Positions 1-16,128 of a DNA stretch of 33,330 nucleotides are shown piece after piece (the first letter of the stretch is position 1; every line of letters begins with the position of its first letter). The stretch covers positions 96,265 to 129,594 of the forward strand of contig NW_014040396.1 of assembly GCF_001186125.1 (NCBI RefSeq), given 5' to 3'. The stretch comes from Sphaeroforma arctica JP610. Taxonomy: Eukaryota. The translations under genes and the position numbers were made by a program. The notes below the pieces were generated by a model that worked only from the letters and a program-made list of their open reading frames with translations, was not told the origin of the DNA and did not search any database.

Positions 1-153
1 TGTGCATATATATATATATAAATAGTTTTCTTGCTAGATAATTTCTGTATAAACTCGTTACGAAGTATATACTGTAGATTCACATAGTGGTCTTGAATTC
101 TTGATCAGCATTGCTGCAAATTTCTGATTTCCTCGATCACATTTCTCTTCTAG

Positions 154-3955
<3,802 letters not shown>

Positions 3956-4156
3956 GTGTGAGAATAACTGGTTATAGATTATTGCCTATATTTGGGCGAG
4001 GTGATAGTTTTCGCTGTCAAAACATTGGTTACTGTTGCAAAATATTGGTTACTGTTATTGATTTCTGTCCATATCATATTTGTATGCGGTTAAGAAGGAG
4101 TTTAGCGGGGGATGAATGTATAGGCGGAATGTATAGACGTGTTTGTGTTTATATGT

Positions 4157-4430
<274 letters not shown>

Positions 4431-4593
4431 TATTGACATACTATTCTCGCGATCATCTAGATCTCTTTTGCAGGGGTGTCTCTGTAGAATCATGTACACA
4501 CTATGTAATGTGTAATTGTTGCGAATATCTGATAACGAGAAACGTTCTTGTGCTGCTGTTACTGGGCATACCTCAGAACTCGACACACATTCA

Positions 4594-4715
4594 GATACCC
4601 CACAGATGTATATGGTCCTGGATCAAGAATCGGATTGTCCCCAAGGATGAGCGGAGAAACGACTATATGGCCAATGGAGACGGTGGTAGCCATGGTACAG
4701 AGGAGGACAACATAG
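4594..4715 (+). CDS. Probable first/early exon of the RCC1-repeat gene (start uncertain; in-frame ATGs at 4508 and 4667)
   Basis: Strong donor ATAG|gtgagc at 4716 is phase 1 and joins 6315 in frame (...EEDNI-E-WLDSADR); hydrophilic protein-like translation RCIWSWIKNRIVPKDERRNDYMANGDGG. Confidence 0.5.
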
Positions 4716-7326
4716 GTGAGCGAAACAACTGCGACAGGCTGTGCACTGTTTGGTGAAGGCGTGTGGTTGCTACTGGGCGTCTGTGTTGGTCTTTATCTGC
4801 ATACAGACGTACTCATGTGTGATCCGTACTCCTGTGTTGTATATCCCCCCAATAAGAATCAGATGTATAAACGGATATACGTGACTCGACTGAAGGAGTG
4901 ATATTCTGATAGCCACTCACTGCGAGGGCTGTCTCCGGGTCTTCAGGACTGAGTAGTCTGCTGTGGTGTGTCATTGCTCTCATCTGGCGATGTCAGTGAT
5001 CGTTGGATGTGCCATGCTGTACTTTGCATCAGTTGTCCACTCCGCTGTGCCGCGCGCTAGTGTTAATGTGAATTGTAGTGCGTTGTACTATGCCATATGA
5101 AGTGCTTGCCATCTTCGTATGTACATGTATATGCACATGTACACGTACATGTATATGTACATGTACATGTACACGTACATGCACATGTATGTAAGATACA
5201 GTAGTGGCAGCGTGCACGCAATATGATGTCGAGGTCTGGTTTCGTATATTGGCAAACCTTCGATGTCTCAGAGATACAACACTGCCATCTGTGCGGCTTA
5301 ACGTGTGCGGTGGTAGTAAAGTAAGTTGCGTGCGGGGAAAACCAACCGTAGCTGTGGTAGTGGATGTGTCTTGTTTTCAGGTTTTGTATATTGTCCGTGT
5401 TTGCTTGGACCTTTAGACACATATCTGTCCCTTCAGTAAATACAACAGAGACCAAGTAGCACGAGACAGCTCCGTGGAAAGCGACGTCGTCGACCAATGT
5501 GCTGAATTGATTATCAGACTTTACCCATTCACGTGTCTTTGTTTAGGATTTGTTTATAAGACATAACTTCTTCATATGTCTTTGTTGTATTTATTATTCA
5601 CTTCTCTCTGAGGATAGATTGCCAGTTGAGATGTACACACCTCATATGTCCTTCATATGTCTTTATTGTGTTTTTTATAAGTCCATTTTCCTTCACTTCT
5701 CTCAGAAGATAGCTTGCCAGTTGAGACGTACACACCTCATATGTATTTTATATATCTTTGTTGTATTTTGTTATGAGTCCATTCTCCTTCACTTCTCTCA
5801 GAGGATAGCTTGCCAGTTGAGATGTACACATCTCATATGTCTTCATATATCTTTGTTGTGTTTGTTATAAGTCCATTTCCCTTCACTTCTCACAGAGGAT
5901 AGCTTGCCAGTTGAGATGTACACACCTCATATGAATTTCATATATCTTTGTTGTATTTGTTATGAGTCCATACCCCTTCACTTCTCTCAGAGGATAGCTT
6001 GCCAGTTGAGATGTACACACCTCATATGTCTTTCATATGTCTTTGTTGTGTTTGTTATAAGTCCATTCCCCTTCACTTCTCTCAGAAGATAGCTTGCCAG
6101 TTGAGACGTACACACCTCATATGTCTTTCATATGTCTTTGTTGTGTTTGTTATAAGTCCATTCCCCTTCACTTCCCTTAGAAGATAGCTTGCCAGTTGAG
6201 ATGTACACACCTCATATGTCTTTCATATGTCTTTGTTGTATTTGTTATAAGCCCATTTCCCTTCACTTCTCTCAGAGGATACCTTGCCAGTTGAAATGTA
6301 CACACCCCATCCAGAATGGCTCGACTCTGCTGATCGTGTGTGTCTTGTGTGGGGTCAAGGGTCAGACGGTCAGCTGGGCATAGGTGACTGTGTGGGCTAC
6401 ACCACGCCTCAGGTACACTACACTGAGTCACCATTGGCTGTGTTGTCCGTAGGATTGTTATGGGTTTGATTTAAATTGCATGTGTGTGTATGAGACGGCT
6501 GTGTGTTTGTTATGTTAGAGGGAGTGTAGGTGTAGGACCGTGTGTGGTTTGTTCACACTCTTGCCGGCTGGTTCGTGACTCACTGTCGATGTCGCGTACA
6601 GCGCATGTGCGCTGGGAACGATATACTGTACTGCTTTACTTCACATAACAACATAACGTACCGCACTTTCCTTCACATGATAATGTTGTACCTACTTTGA
6701 CACGATTGTTACATAATAAAGGTGGATTTGAAACTGGGACCAGGATGTGCCAGGAGACCTTGTTATAGCTTGGTGTGCCTAGCTACATACCCAATCCACA
6801 ACGAGCCAGTCTTACCTACATTTCATTTTAAAACTCAGCCATGCACGCATATGTCCATACCTACATTTCATTTTAGTACTCAATCATACATGCATATGTT
6901 CGTATCTATATATATAGCATACGTATCATCTGGATAGATCACGCTTCAATTAAACACCAGCCATCCACACACAAAGCCTTTACGTCCACCTGTGACACAC
7001 TCTATATTCATACAGATCGTTTTGTCAGCTGTTGTCGGTCTAAGCGAATCTGCAGTCCTTCGCAGTCTACTTAAGTTTACTTATCTTACTTCGATCGTGT
7101 CCGTTGGTCGTATACCTACTCAATCCTTTCGTTGCACCTGCCTTCTCCTCAGGTGCTGCTGTCGATGATAGACCGACCTCTGATGAACGTCAGTGCGGGG
7201 CATAGCCACACCGTCGCCATCGGAGAGTTGGCAGATGAGGAGGGCTCAGGCCATGGTGTCCTCATGTCATGGTAAGTCAGAACTACACACTATCACACGC
7301 ACAGCTGGGATGGCCTATCACACGCG

Positions 7327-7359
<33 letters not shown>

Positions 7360-10300
7360 ATGTATATATGTATCATCGCGTATACTAAGTATTCAATGAT
7401 TTTTCGTTTAAGGGCTTAGGGAGCATCCATTGTAGCCTCACACTATCAGATGCGTGTACACTCTTCTCTCAGGGGGTCGAATATGTATGGCCAGACAGCC
7501 AAGGAATTGGACCACTTCTCTTTCAGCACGGGATTTGGGGGCCCAGAAGACGACGACGATGAGGTAGATAGACAGAGTGAAGACATGCATGCATGTGAAT
7601 GGGTGGATCATAGGACTGAGTGTGTGGGCATGGTTGTACATGTATCTAGGCATGTGAATGGGTGGATCATATGGCTGAGTGTGTGGGTATGGTTGTACAT
7701 GTATCTAGGCATGTGAATGGGTGGATCATAGGACTGAGTGTGTGGCTTTGGCTGTACACGTATCTAGGCATGTGAATGGGTGGATCATATGACTGTGTGT
7801 GGCTATGGTTGTACATGGCTTATACTACAGACATATGCTTGGCAAAGACATGTATATAGGGTTCATAGTATTAGGTTAAGCCGAAGTGTTCTGGCGGATG
7901 TCGGCCACACACCGTGTGACCACATAGCGCAGTGGCTCTCTTATCACAAACATGAGGCATCTCACTCGCAATGATAGGTCATCACCGACCTCAGCCTACT
8001 AACGTATACAATCGACAAGACTACGGCAGGAGACGTGCAAAGGTTATGGCAGAACTTACCAGACGGATTTTGGGACATTTTGCGGTCCAAAAATTGCACC
8101 TATTGTCTTCATTTGTGGTTCAACAAGCGCATCCACTGTCTTCATTTGTGGTGCAATAGTTGTTTTCTGTCATCTCCCTATATATATATTTATATACTCA
8201 TAACTTCACTTGTTTGCGTTTATAACGCATTCCTCACTCTCCCCATGTACAGGATGAGCAAAGTGTACCACTACTAGTACCAAGTTTAAACGGATTCCGC
8301 TTCAATGACTGTGCTACTGGCCTGTACCATACGTTGGCGTTGGGTGTCTCCAGAGCGGTAGGCGAGGTGAGATTGGACTTACCAGTACAAATTTATATAA
8401 GCGAATACGTTTACGGGATAAGATCATGAGCGCGTTCACTGCCTGTACTCGGGTCTTATGCGTATGTGAATGTGTCATGAGAGTTTTCATGTACACGTGG
8501 CAATGGTACATCCAGGCGTGCGTGCTCTGAGGGGTTTATCCCCAGAGGTGTGGAATGCGTTTAACGTGTGAGTTTTGTGGGTGTGCGTTAAAAGATCCAC
8601 CGAGTCCTCGATACGTCGCCTGGGCGCGTCTCTGTGTGATGTGTCCTGGATCCGTTTACGTTTTGAAGTGACTTTTTCTTCTCGTTCTATCTGTACAATC
8701 CGCATACATACAATGCTCATAAATACATACACAACAACTTCGTCTGTATATGCACAACATACTCATAAATACATACACAACAACTACATTTGTATATGCA
8801 CAACATACTCATGAATATATACACAACAACTACATCTGTATACGCTCAACATACTCATAAATACATACACAACAACTACATCTGTATATGCACAACATAT
8901 TCATTAATACATACACAACAACTACATCTGTATATGCACAATATGCTCATCAATACATACACAACAACTACATCCCCATGTCCATAACATGCTCATAAAG
9001 ACATACACACCTACTAACGAGTTCATTTAATCCAACACAAGGATAGCAGCGATGACGAAAGAGGATCTCTGGACGGACACTCACGGGAATATAACCGACA
9101 GCACACGAAGGTGTTCGCCTGGGGGAGTGCGCTTTTGGGTGAGTTTAACTTGCACTCCCTAAACCCTAGGTTTTAGGGTTTTAGGGTTTTAGGGTTTCCA
9201 AATCCTAAATCTTAAACCGTATATCCCCTGAAGGAATATACTCGCTCCTAGTTTGTGGGATTAGGCTCGTGTTGTGATATCCCATAGTCAATGTGGAATG
9301 AATTAACGTCTTACCTGTACAGAAGTAGGAAGAACCCGAACTAGCCTCAGTAACCAAAGGAACATATACACACACCCCTCAACACATACAACACATACAA
9401 CACATACAACACATACAACACATACAACACATTCTACCAGACAGATACGAAAGTGGTGGTATTAGTCAAATATACGTTAAATGCATATGCACAACAAAGT
9501 GCACCTGTACTGAGTTTGGTCGCGTTCTCGGAAAATGTGGACAGATACGTATGAAGCACTAGGTGAGCCCCTATGGTACAATTACATGTTAGCTATAGAT
9601 ACTAAAGAAAAACCAAAGACAGTTTGCGGCCCCCTATGTAGTTCTGTCCATGTAAGTCTTTGATCTGCATATGAATACATACATATGTGTGGACATTTTC
9701 AAACAAAGTGGCTAGCAAATACACCCAATTGCGTATGTACGTTTTATATACTGCATCTATCTATCCATATATATTTANNNNNNNNNNNNNNNNNNNNNNN
9801 NNNNNNNNNNNNNNNNNNNNNNNNNNNNNNNNNNNNNNNNNNNNNNNNNNNNNNNNNNNNNNNNNNNNNNNNNNNNNNNNNNNNNNNNNNNNNNNNNNNN
9901 NNNNNNNNNNNNNNNNNNNNNNNNNNNNNNNNNNNNNNNNNNNNNNNNNNNNNNNNNNNNNNNNNNNNNNNNNNNNNNNNNNNNNNNNNNNNNNNNNNNN
10001 NNNNNNNNNNNNNNNNNNNNNNNNNNNNNNNNNNNNNNNNNNNNNNNNNNNNNNNNNNNNNNNNNNNNNNNNNNNNNNNNNNNNNNNNNNNNNNNNNNNN
10101 NNNNNNNNNNNNNNNNNNNNNNNNNNNNNNNNNNNNNNNNNNNNNNNNNNNNNNNNNNNNNNNNNNNNNNNNNNNNNNNNNNNNNNNNNNNNNNNNNNNN
10201 NNNNNNNNNNNNNNNNNNNNNNNNNNNNNNNNNNNNNNNNNNNNNNNNNNNNNNNNNNNNNNNNNNNNNNNNNNNNNNNNNNNNNNNNNNNNNNNNNNNN

Positions 10301-11733
10301 NNNNNNNNNNNNNNNNNNNNNNNNNNNNNNNNNNNNNNNNNNNNNNNNNNNNNNNNNNNNNNNNNNNNNNNNNNNNNNNNNNNNNNNNNNNNNNNNNNNN
10401 NNNNNNNNNNNNNNNNNNNNNNNNNNNNNNNNNNNNNNNNNNNNNNNNNNNNNNNNNNNNNNNNNNNNNNNNNNNNNNNNNNNNNNNNNNNNNNNNNNNN
10501 NNNNNNNNNNNNNNNNNNNNNNNNNNNNNNNNNNNNNNNNNNNNNNNNNNNNNNNNNNNNNNNNNNNNNNNNNNNNNNNNNNNNNNNNNNNNNNNNNNNN
10601 NNNNNNNNNNNNNNNNNNNNNNNNNNNNNNNNNNNNNNNNNNNNNNNNNNNNNNNNNNNNNNNNTACCACGAATGCATATATGGCCGGAGCCCCAATAAG
10701 GCGATGGTCTTATCTTGTGCCCATACTCAGATATCACCATTCTCATACACATCTACCTACCACAGGCGACGGTACATCGAACTTTGAATCTCGCCCAACC
10801 CATATAAGGAACCTAGATGACAAGCAGATTGACTGCGTGTTTGCGGGGGGGCATCACTCTATGGCTATCTCACACAGCACAGGCAGTGTGTATCTGTGGG
10901 GATGGCTGTTTGAACGGGATGTCAGGGAAAACGGTAATTAAAAAACGTTTTGTGTGTTTGTGTACGGTGTGTATCTGTGGGGATGGCTGTTTGAACGGGA
11001 TGTCAGGAAAACGGTAATTAACAAATGTTTTGTGTGTTTGTGTACGGTGTGTATCTGTGGGGATGGCTGTTTGAACGGGATGTCAGGAGAACGGTAATTA
11101 ACAATCGTTTTGTGTGTTTGTGTACGGTGTGTATCTGTGGACACCACACGTATCACACACACTAAAACACACACGTATCGCACGCATGTATTGGTGTATA
11201 ATCTGTGCAGTAGTGTGTCCATTGCAGCCCGTTGCGCATGTGAAGGCCTGACCCGTTGCTTGATCACGTGGGCCGTATACGAAGCACAGCAAAGCTATCA
11301 CATACATACATACACNNNNNNNNNNNNNNNNNNNNNNNNNNNNNNNNNNNNNNNNNNNNNNNNNNNNNNNNNNNNNNNNNNNNNNNNNNNNNNNNNNNNN
11401 NNNNNNNNNNNNNNNNNNNNNNNNNNNNNNNNNNNNNNNNNNNNNNNNNNNNNNNNNNNNNNNNNNNNNNNNNNNNNNNNNNNNNNNNNNNNNNNNNNNN
11501 NNNNNNNNNNNNNNNNNNNNNNNNNNNNNNNNNNNNNNNNNNNNNNNNNNNNNNNNNNNNNNNNNNNNNNNNNNNNNNNNNNNNNNNNNNNNNNNNNNNN
11601 NNNNNNNNNNNNNNNNNNNNNNNNNNNNNNNNNNNNNNNNNNNNNNNNNNNNNNNNNNNNNNNNNNNNNNNNNNNNNNNNNNNNNNNNNNNNNNNNNNNN
11701 NNNNNNNNNNNNNNNNNNNNNNNNNNNNNNNNN

Positions 11734-11786
<53 letters not shown>

Positions 11787-11797
11787 CACACACACAC

Positions 11798-11840
<43 letters not shown>

Positions 11841-14800
11841 CGCACACACGTACTAATGCATCTCTGTACTGATATTGCTAACCATCGTTAAAACGGGAAT
11901 AGCAGAGAAGGCAGTTCTGCGTCAGATACCCTCACCGGTTCAATTGAACGCGTTCAACGGCATGTCCGTACGCACAGTCGCATGCGGAGTGTGGCACTCG
12001 TCGGTTGTTACGACAGAGGGCAAGGTGTTTACAATTGGCTTGCAAAAGCCCAGCAACCTTCTATCTAGACAAATAGGTGGGTATGTGTGTGGCATAGCTA
12101 TTAGGTGGGTATGTGTGATACACAGCTACTAGGTGTGTATGTGTGATACACGGCTACTAGGTATGTATGTGAGTTATATTTTGGTGTGTGGATGTGTTAT
12201 ATTTAGGTGTGTATGTGTTAAGTTTAGGTGTGTATGTGTGTTTCATATCGAATAGGTGAGTATAGTGTGTATGATGTACAGCAATGAAGCGTGTATGTGC
12301 ATTATGTTTATTCGTGTAAATACAGGGCTGAGTTAGCTCGTAAGTTGGTTGCAGGGTTGCTTATCTTGCACCAGAGGTACTGCAACGTTGCCTCAAAGGT
12401 TAAGTTTGGTAGCTGTGTTTGACACATTACCATTGTCTGCCCCAATTCCAACAGACCTGAGCTATTCGTCGCCGTTCTACGCAAGTGACGAGGTTAAGGC
12501 CAATGTGGATGTGGTCAACGAACTAGATCTGCAGGACCAGTACGACGGTATGGCCTGGATGGTTTACGTTTACGTTTGTTTACTTGTGGTTACTATCACA
12601 GAATGAGTACCTCGATACGTATCGCGGCACCCGAATGTACACGTACATACGCAACCCCCTTCGCTATATCACTCCAAGTCTACCTACACTGGACTATCCT
12701 GCATACGTACGCTGTACAACACACATAACACTCGCAACACCTATACCCACCAGACTCGGCGAGACAGCCTGCTCGTTGGGAATGTATTTTAGGGTTTAGC
12801 TTCATTTGAATGGTATCCCATGTTGTTGAGATTACTCTCGGATGAACTCTGTATGCGTGTGAGACTAACATAACTTCGCCTTCGAGCTGCACAGACACGT
12901 GTACATGTACAGGTGTGTATCTACCCACCCCAAAATAAGCCACAATGCACCACCAGACCAAGCGATAGTGTCCAAGATTTACAGCCACTTTCTCATAACC
13001 CGTATGTGTTCTCCAATCAAATGCTCAGAGGAGGTGACCCCATCGACAGCCCAGTCTTTCCCATTGGCGTCCCAACTGAGCGCTACGCTGATGAGTGGTG
13101 TGCCGGCTATAGCGGCGTGTGCATGCGGCGATGGCTTCACTGTCATGCTGTCTGGTAGGTATCGTCTGTTGTATTGTGTTGTGTTGTGGCGCAGTTGAGT
13201 GTTCTCGTGGTAGTGTGGGATGCGTTGACGTGTGTGTAGTGAGATGCTGTGGTGCATTTTCTTGAGTGTGTTTGATCTTACGGTAGGAATGAGACAAATA
13301 CTTGTTTGTACACTTGAGTGCTATGGAGTTGAGGGGTTTGCCGTCCTCGGACGCATTCGGCTTTATGGCTACGCTCTGAGAACTCCCTGGGTGTAGGTAA
13401 AGAGTAGTTCTTCAGTGCTATACAAAACCTATCTCTAGGGCTATATTAAGCCTATCTCTAGTACTATACTAAGCCTATCTCTAGTGGTATACTAAGCCTA
13501 TCTCTAGAGGTATACTATGCCTATCTCTAGTGGTATACTAAGCCTATCTCTAGAGGTATACTATGCCTATCTCTAGTGGTATACTAAGCCTATCTCTAGT
13601 GGTATACTAGGCCTATCTCTAGTGCAAAACTAAGCCTATCTCTAGTGCTATACTAAGCCTATCTCTAGTGCTATACTGAGCCTATCTCAAGGGCTATATT
13701 AACCCTATCTCTGTGCTATACAAAGCCTATCTCACAGTATAGGGAGTATAAAGCATTCGTCCACAGTGTCTAGTTGTGAATTGAATATAGCCTGGGTGGC
13801 ATTGTCTCGTGTATACACCGAGATGTACGTGGTAGCCATTTCTACTGCTGAATTGATGCTATGCTTGTGCCTGATTTGGTTACTCGCACCATAGTGTGCG
13901 TTGGCGGCTGGCTGACAAATAGTAGGGTTTAGGGTTTTCGACAGATTGGGGGAGGCGTGATCTCGGGTATATGATATTGGGTGTACTATCCATAGTATGT
14001 TCATATATTAGCGCTGCCTTTTGTTGACTGATATTCGGTTCATTGTGGAGTGTGCCTGGTGGGAACAGACTCAAATTCCAGAGGTGGATACTGATTAGCT
14101 TGTTATAGCTGTGCCACCACACCCGTAGCTATAGACGCATACGCAGTGACAGCTCAAGGCCTCTCGCTTTCTAGTTGTTGGCGGTCGTAGATAGTGTTAT
14201 CGTACGTAGCTGTAGGAACACACGGGATAGGGAGATGCCTGACTTAGTTTGCTAATAACTCCACACCGTCAGACTACCGGTTTATCTCATCCTGGATGGT
14301 TTGAACCCAAAATAACCTAAAACCCATCAAACTGTAAACTCTTTCTCACAGATGGGGGTGAGATCTATTTTTCTGGGTTGAATAAGAACATCGGTGCGAG
14401 TAGACTGGAGGCTATCAAGGTGGAAGTCAACAGCACTTCTCCAGTAAAGTAAGCATGTCGTTCATGCATGTGCTTTAAAGCCCACCTGTGTTGTGTGCGG
14501 GCGATATCACACGATAAGTCATTGTAGTTTGGATGTGCATGGTTACGGCCTTGATAACCACACTAACTCGCTAGAATGGTTTGCCGTAGGGACCTGCTTC
14601 ACACATCAGTATACTTCTGTGTGTTTATGCTCATCCTCTTATCCTTGGTTTGATCTACTTTGTACTTGCATGTGCTGATACACCCATGGTAATTAGTTGT
14701 GTACTCACGGGTTGTCATAGAAACCTCTTTCACGACGCGCAAGGAATGAACATGCTTCAATCAAAGTCTATTACGCACTAAGGCAAGGATTGCGCAGTTC

Positions 14801-15253
14801 ACCCGTTTACAAAGTAGTATAGCCACATATTGCCTCGCTGGAGTTTGCCATAGAGTGCCGTAGCCACTCGTATATGTGTACTGTGCACAATCAATCCTCT
14901 CTAATACATACATCCTCTCTAGTAGGTCTACTCTAACTCCTCGTAAGGGTCTGTAAAATCACGGCGGCGCAGTTATTAGATTCGTATCGATGTGGCTACA
15001 CACACACTCGAGGAATACTTTGTATATTCTCAGTAAAACACGTTAATACACATCCATCCTCACTGTACCACTACACAGGTCTATATCGGCGGGATTGAAC
15101 TTCTACACGGCAGTCACTGCTGCGGGTGATGTTTATGTCCAAGGACTTCTTCATGGACGGGTGTACAGGAGCTTGAGCAAAGTGATCACCGCTAAGGCCA
15201 TAACCCACACCGCCACAGGAAACGATTTCTGCATTGCATATACTCGAGAATAA
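4594..15253 (+). CDS. RCC1-repeat (RCC1/BLIP-II beta-propeller) protein; spliced gene, exons ?-4715, 6315-6412, 7153-7271, 7473-7563, 8253-8357, 9042-9138, 10766-10933, 11903-12076, 12455-12547, 13029-13154, 14352-14448, 15079-15253; 5' end uncertain
   Basis: Phase-consistent GT-AG chain. Repeated RCC1 motifs: VWGQGSDGQLGIG, VSAGHSHTVA, SWGSNMYGQ, ATGLYHTLAL, VFAWGS, VFAGGHHSMA..GSVYLWG, VACGVWHSSVVTTEGKVFTIG, CACGDGFTVML, ISAGLNFYTAVTAAGDVY. Stop TAA at 15251-15253. Confidence 0.85.
5115..5192. repeat. Degenerate (tgtaca/tacatg)n hexamer repeat
   Basis: Seen directly. Confidence 0.8.
5565..6305. repeat. Intronic minisatellite, ~95-bp unit, ~8 copies
   Basis: Recurring cttcacttctctcagaggatagcttgccagttgagatgtacacacctcatatgtc; repeated ORF starts at 5904, 5999, 6189 and 6284 are spaced by multiples of 95. 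Confidence 0.95.
6315..6412 (+). CDS. RCC1-repeat exon
   Basis: WLDSADRVCLVWGQGSDGQLGIGDCVGYTTPQ; catccag acceptor, gtacac donor. Confidence 0.85.
7153..7271 (+). CDS. RCC1-repeat exon
   Basis: VLLSMIDRPLMNVSAGHSHTVAIGE...VLMSW; cttctcctcag acceptor, gtaagt donor. Confidence 0.87.
7473..7563 (+). CDS. RCC1-repeat exon
   Basis: (W)GSNMYGQTAKELDHFSFSTGFGGPEDDDDE; ctcttctctcag acceptor, gtagat donor. Confidence 0.82.
7591..7817. repeat. Intronic minisatellite, 59-bp unit, ~4 copies
   Basis: gcatgtgaatgggtggatcat at 7591, 7650, 7709 and 7768. Confidence 0.95.
8253..8357 (+). CDS. RCC1-repeat exon (not in ORF track)
   Basis: DEQSVPLLVPSLNGFRFNDCATGLYHTLALGVSRA; phase 0-0; gtacag acceptor, gtaggc donor. 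Confidence 0.82.
8705..9010. repeat. Intronic minisatellite, 46-bp unit, ~6.5 copies
   Basis: tacacaacaact at 8728, 8774, 8820, 8866, 8912 and 8958. Confidence 0.93.
9042..9138 (+). CDS. RCC1-repeat exon (not in ORF track)
   Basis: DSSDDERGSLDGHSREYNRQHTKVFAWGSALLG; gtgagt donor; the acceptor (aag) is less certain. Confidence 0.75.
9157..9219. repeat. Interstitial telomere-like repeat ((TTTTAGGG)n with CCCTAAA in the opposite orientation)
   Basis: ccctaaaccctagg followed by three ttttaggg units and ccaaatcctaaatcttaaacc. Confidence 0.75.
9380..9432. repeat. 9-bp tandem repeat (caacacata)n, ~6 copies
   Basis: Seen directly. Confidence 0.9.
10766..10933 (+). CDS. RCC1-repeat exon
   Basis: GDGTSNFESRPTHIRNLDDKQIDCVFAGGHHSMAISHSTGSVYLWGWLF; ccacag acceptor, gtaatt donor. 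Confidence 0.87.
10886..11140. repeat. Tandem repeat, 80-81-bp unit, ~3.2 copies, spanning an exon end and splice donor
   Basis: gtgtgtatctgtgg at 10886, 10967, 11047 and 11127. Confidence 0.95.
11734..11850. repeat. (CA)n microsatellite after a gap
   Basis: Seen directly. Confidence 0.95.
11903..12076 (+). CDS. RCC1-repeat exon
   Basis: QIPSPVQLNAFNGMSVRTVACGVWHSSVVTTEGKVFTIG; NAGNAG acceptor (11903 or 11906), gtgggt donor. Confidence 0.85.
12075..12175. repeat. 28-bp tandem repeat starting at a splice donor, ~3.5 copies
   Basis: aggt.(g/t)gtatgtg at 12075, 12103, 12131 and 12159. Confidence 0.85.
12455..12547 (+). CDS. RCC1-gene exon (acidic loop)
   Basis: DLSYSSPFYASDEVKANVDVVNELDLQDQYD; phase 1-1; ttccaacag acceptor, gtatgg donor. 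Confidence 0.65.
13029..13154 (+). CDS. RCC1-repeat exon
   Basis: EVTPSTAQSFPLASQLSATLMSGVPAIAACACGDGFTVMLS; gctcag acceptor, gtaggt donor. Confidence 0.8.
13420..13735. repeat. Intronic minisatellite, 23-bp unit (cctatctctagtggtatactaag), ~13-14 copies
   Basis: cctatctct recurs every 23 bp (for example 13451, 13474). Confidence 0.95.
14352..14448 (+). CDS. RCC1-repeat exon (not in ORF track)
   Basis: DGGEIYFSGLNKNIGASRLEAIKVEVNSTSPVK; ctttctcacag acceptor, gtaagc donor. Confidence 0.82.
15079..15253 (+). CDS. RCC1-repeat terminal exon (not in ORF track)
   Basis: SISAGLNFYTAVTAAGDVYVQGLLHGRVYRSLSKVITAKAITHTATGNDFCIAYTRE*; ctacacag acceptor. Confidence 0.85.
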
Positions 15254-16128
15254 AAGACTGAATAGACTATTGTATACGGATTATAGTGTTATATATTGAG
15301 TACCTTACTATATACGTTGGTTTGTGAATATTAGATAATCATTGGTTGACAGTTAACATGGCACGGCTCAATTAATAGATACACTGGCCCGGCGTTCTCT
15401 ACTGACGAAAAATAAATGCATCTGGAGCAAAATATATAATATAATTTGTAGTGCTTCGACAGACACGACCACTGGCGCAAGCAGGTGTGTAGACCTTTTA
15501 AGTTAATCAGTCGTTGAAGAATACAAGCTGCTATATTAAAGATAAAACATTGGTATGCCGGAAATATGCAAGCTTGAGGGTAATCACATACTAGTAGGCC
15601 GAATGCAAGTTTATATTTTATCTATAGCACAAGTAGTGTTATAGTTGTTCTCTCCAGGCCGCTTTAATTGCTGGTTCGGAGTGCACTTCCCGTTTCTAGT
15701 TCGAAGTGATAGGCGAGCTGAGTAGAGCCTTGACTTCGGTGCATATCTCTACTGAACCAATTCCATATGTACTTGGTTTATCTGTGTATGTACGACAGTC
15801 TTCATGTGTACAGCTGTGTTCAGTTATTGTATCTAAGATCAAAGACCTATATGTGATCAAATTCTACTTCCAGAAAAGTGAATCTGGATTGGATCCAGGA
15901 TTAGAGTATCAGCGTGCTGCCTACGACTTTCGTCGATTGAGAGAGTTTAGGGGCGCGGCGCAAGTCCACCCCTTGCCTGCGCTTACTTCACCTTCCCGAA
16001 ATACCACAGGTTGAGTCCACTGTGGTTGCAATCTTATTGTCAGTTTGGGTGTGTGCATGTGGTTGATCACGCAAAGTACCTCTGCGTATATACTAGGTAT
16101 TGTTGTGTGGGCTTGGGTCGCGGCAGTT

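Noticed and set aside
5196..5320. Segment TVVAACTQYDV... as the missing last LOV strand exon
   Set aside because: It superficially resembles xxGxQxDV and ends at a gtaagt, but there is no polypyrimidine acceptor and it lies within the predicted RCC1 intron; not supportable without RNA data.
5550..6300. Repeated MPVEMYTPH ORFs
   Set aside because: Translations of the 95-bp minisatellite; the unit length is not a multiple of 3 and the frames contain stops.
9685..11891. Long ORFs spanning N gaps (also around 2515-2977, 20353-21243 and 26767-27592)
   Set aside because: Artefacts of N runs and dinucleotide repeats; within 9685-11891 only 10766-10933 is a real exon.
13420..13735. 23-bp (and 59-/95-bp) arrays as CRISPR
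   Set aside because: Head-to-tail repeats without unique spacers, no cas genes, and an intronic eukaryotic context.
6315..15253. RCC1-repeat protein as a UVR8 UV-B photoreceptor
   Set aside because: The equivalent positions read GHSHT, GLYHT, GGHHS and GVWHS; none is the GWRHT Trp-triad motif required for UVR8 photoreception.
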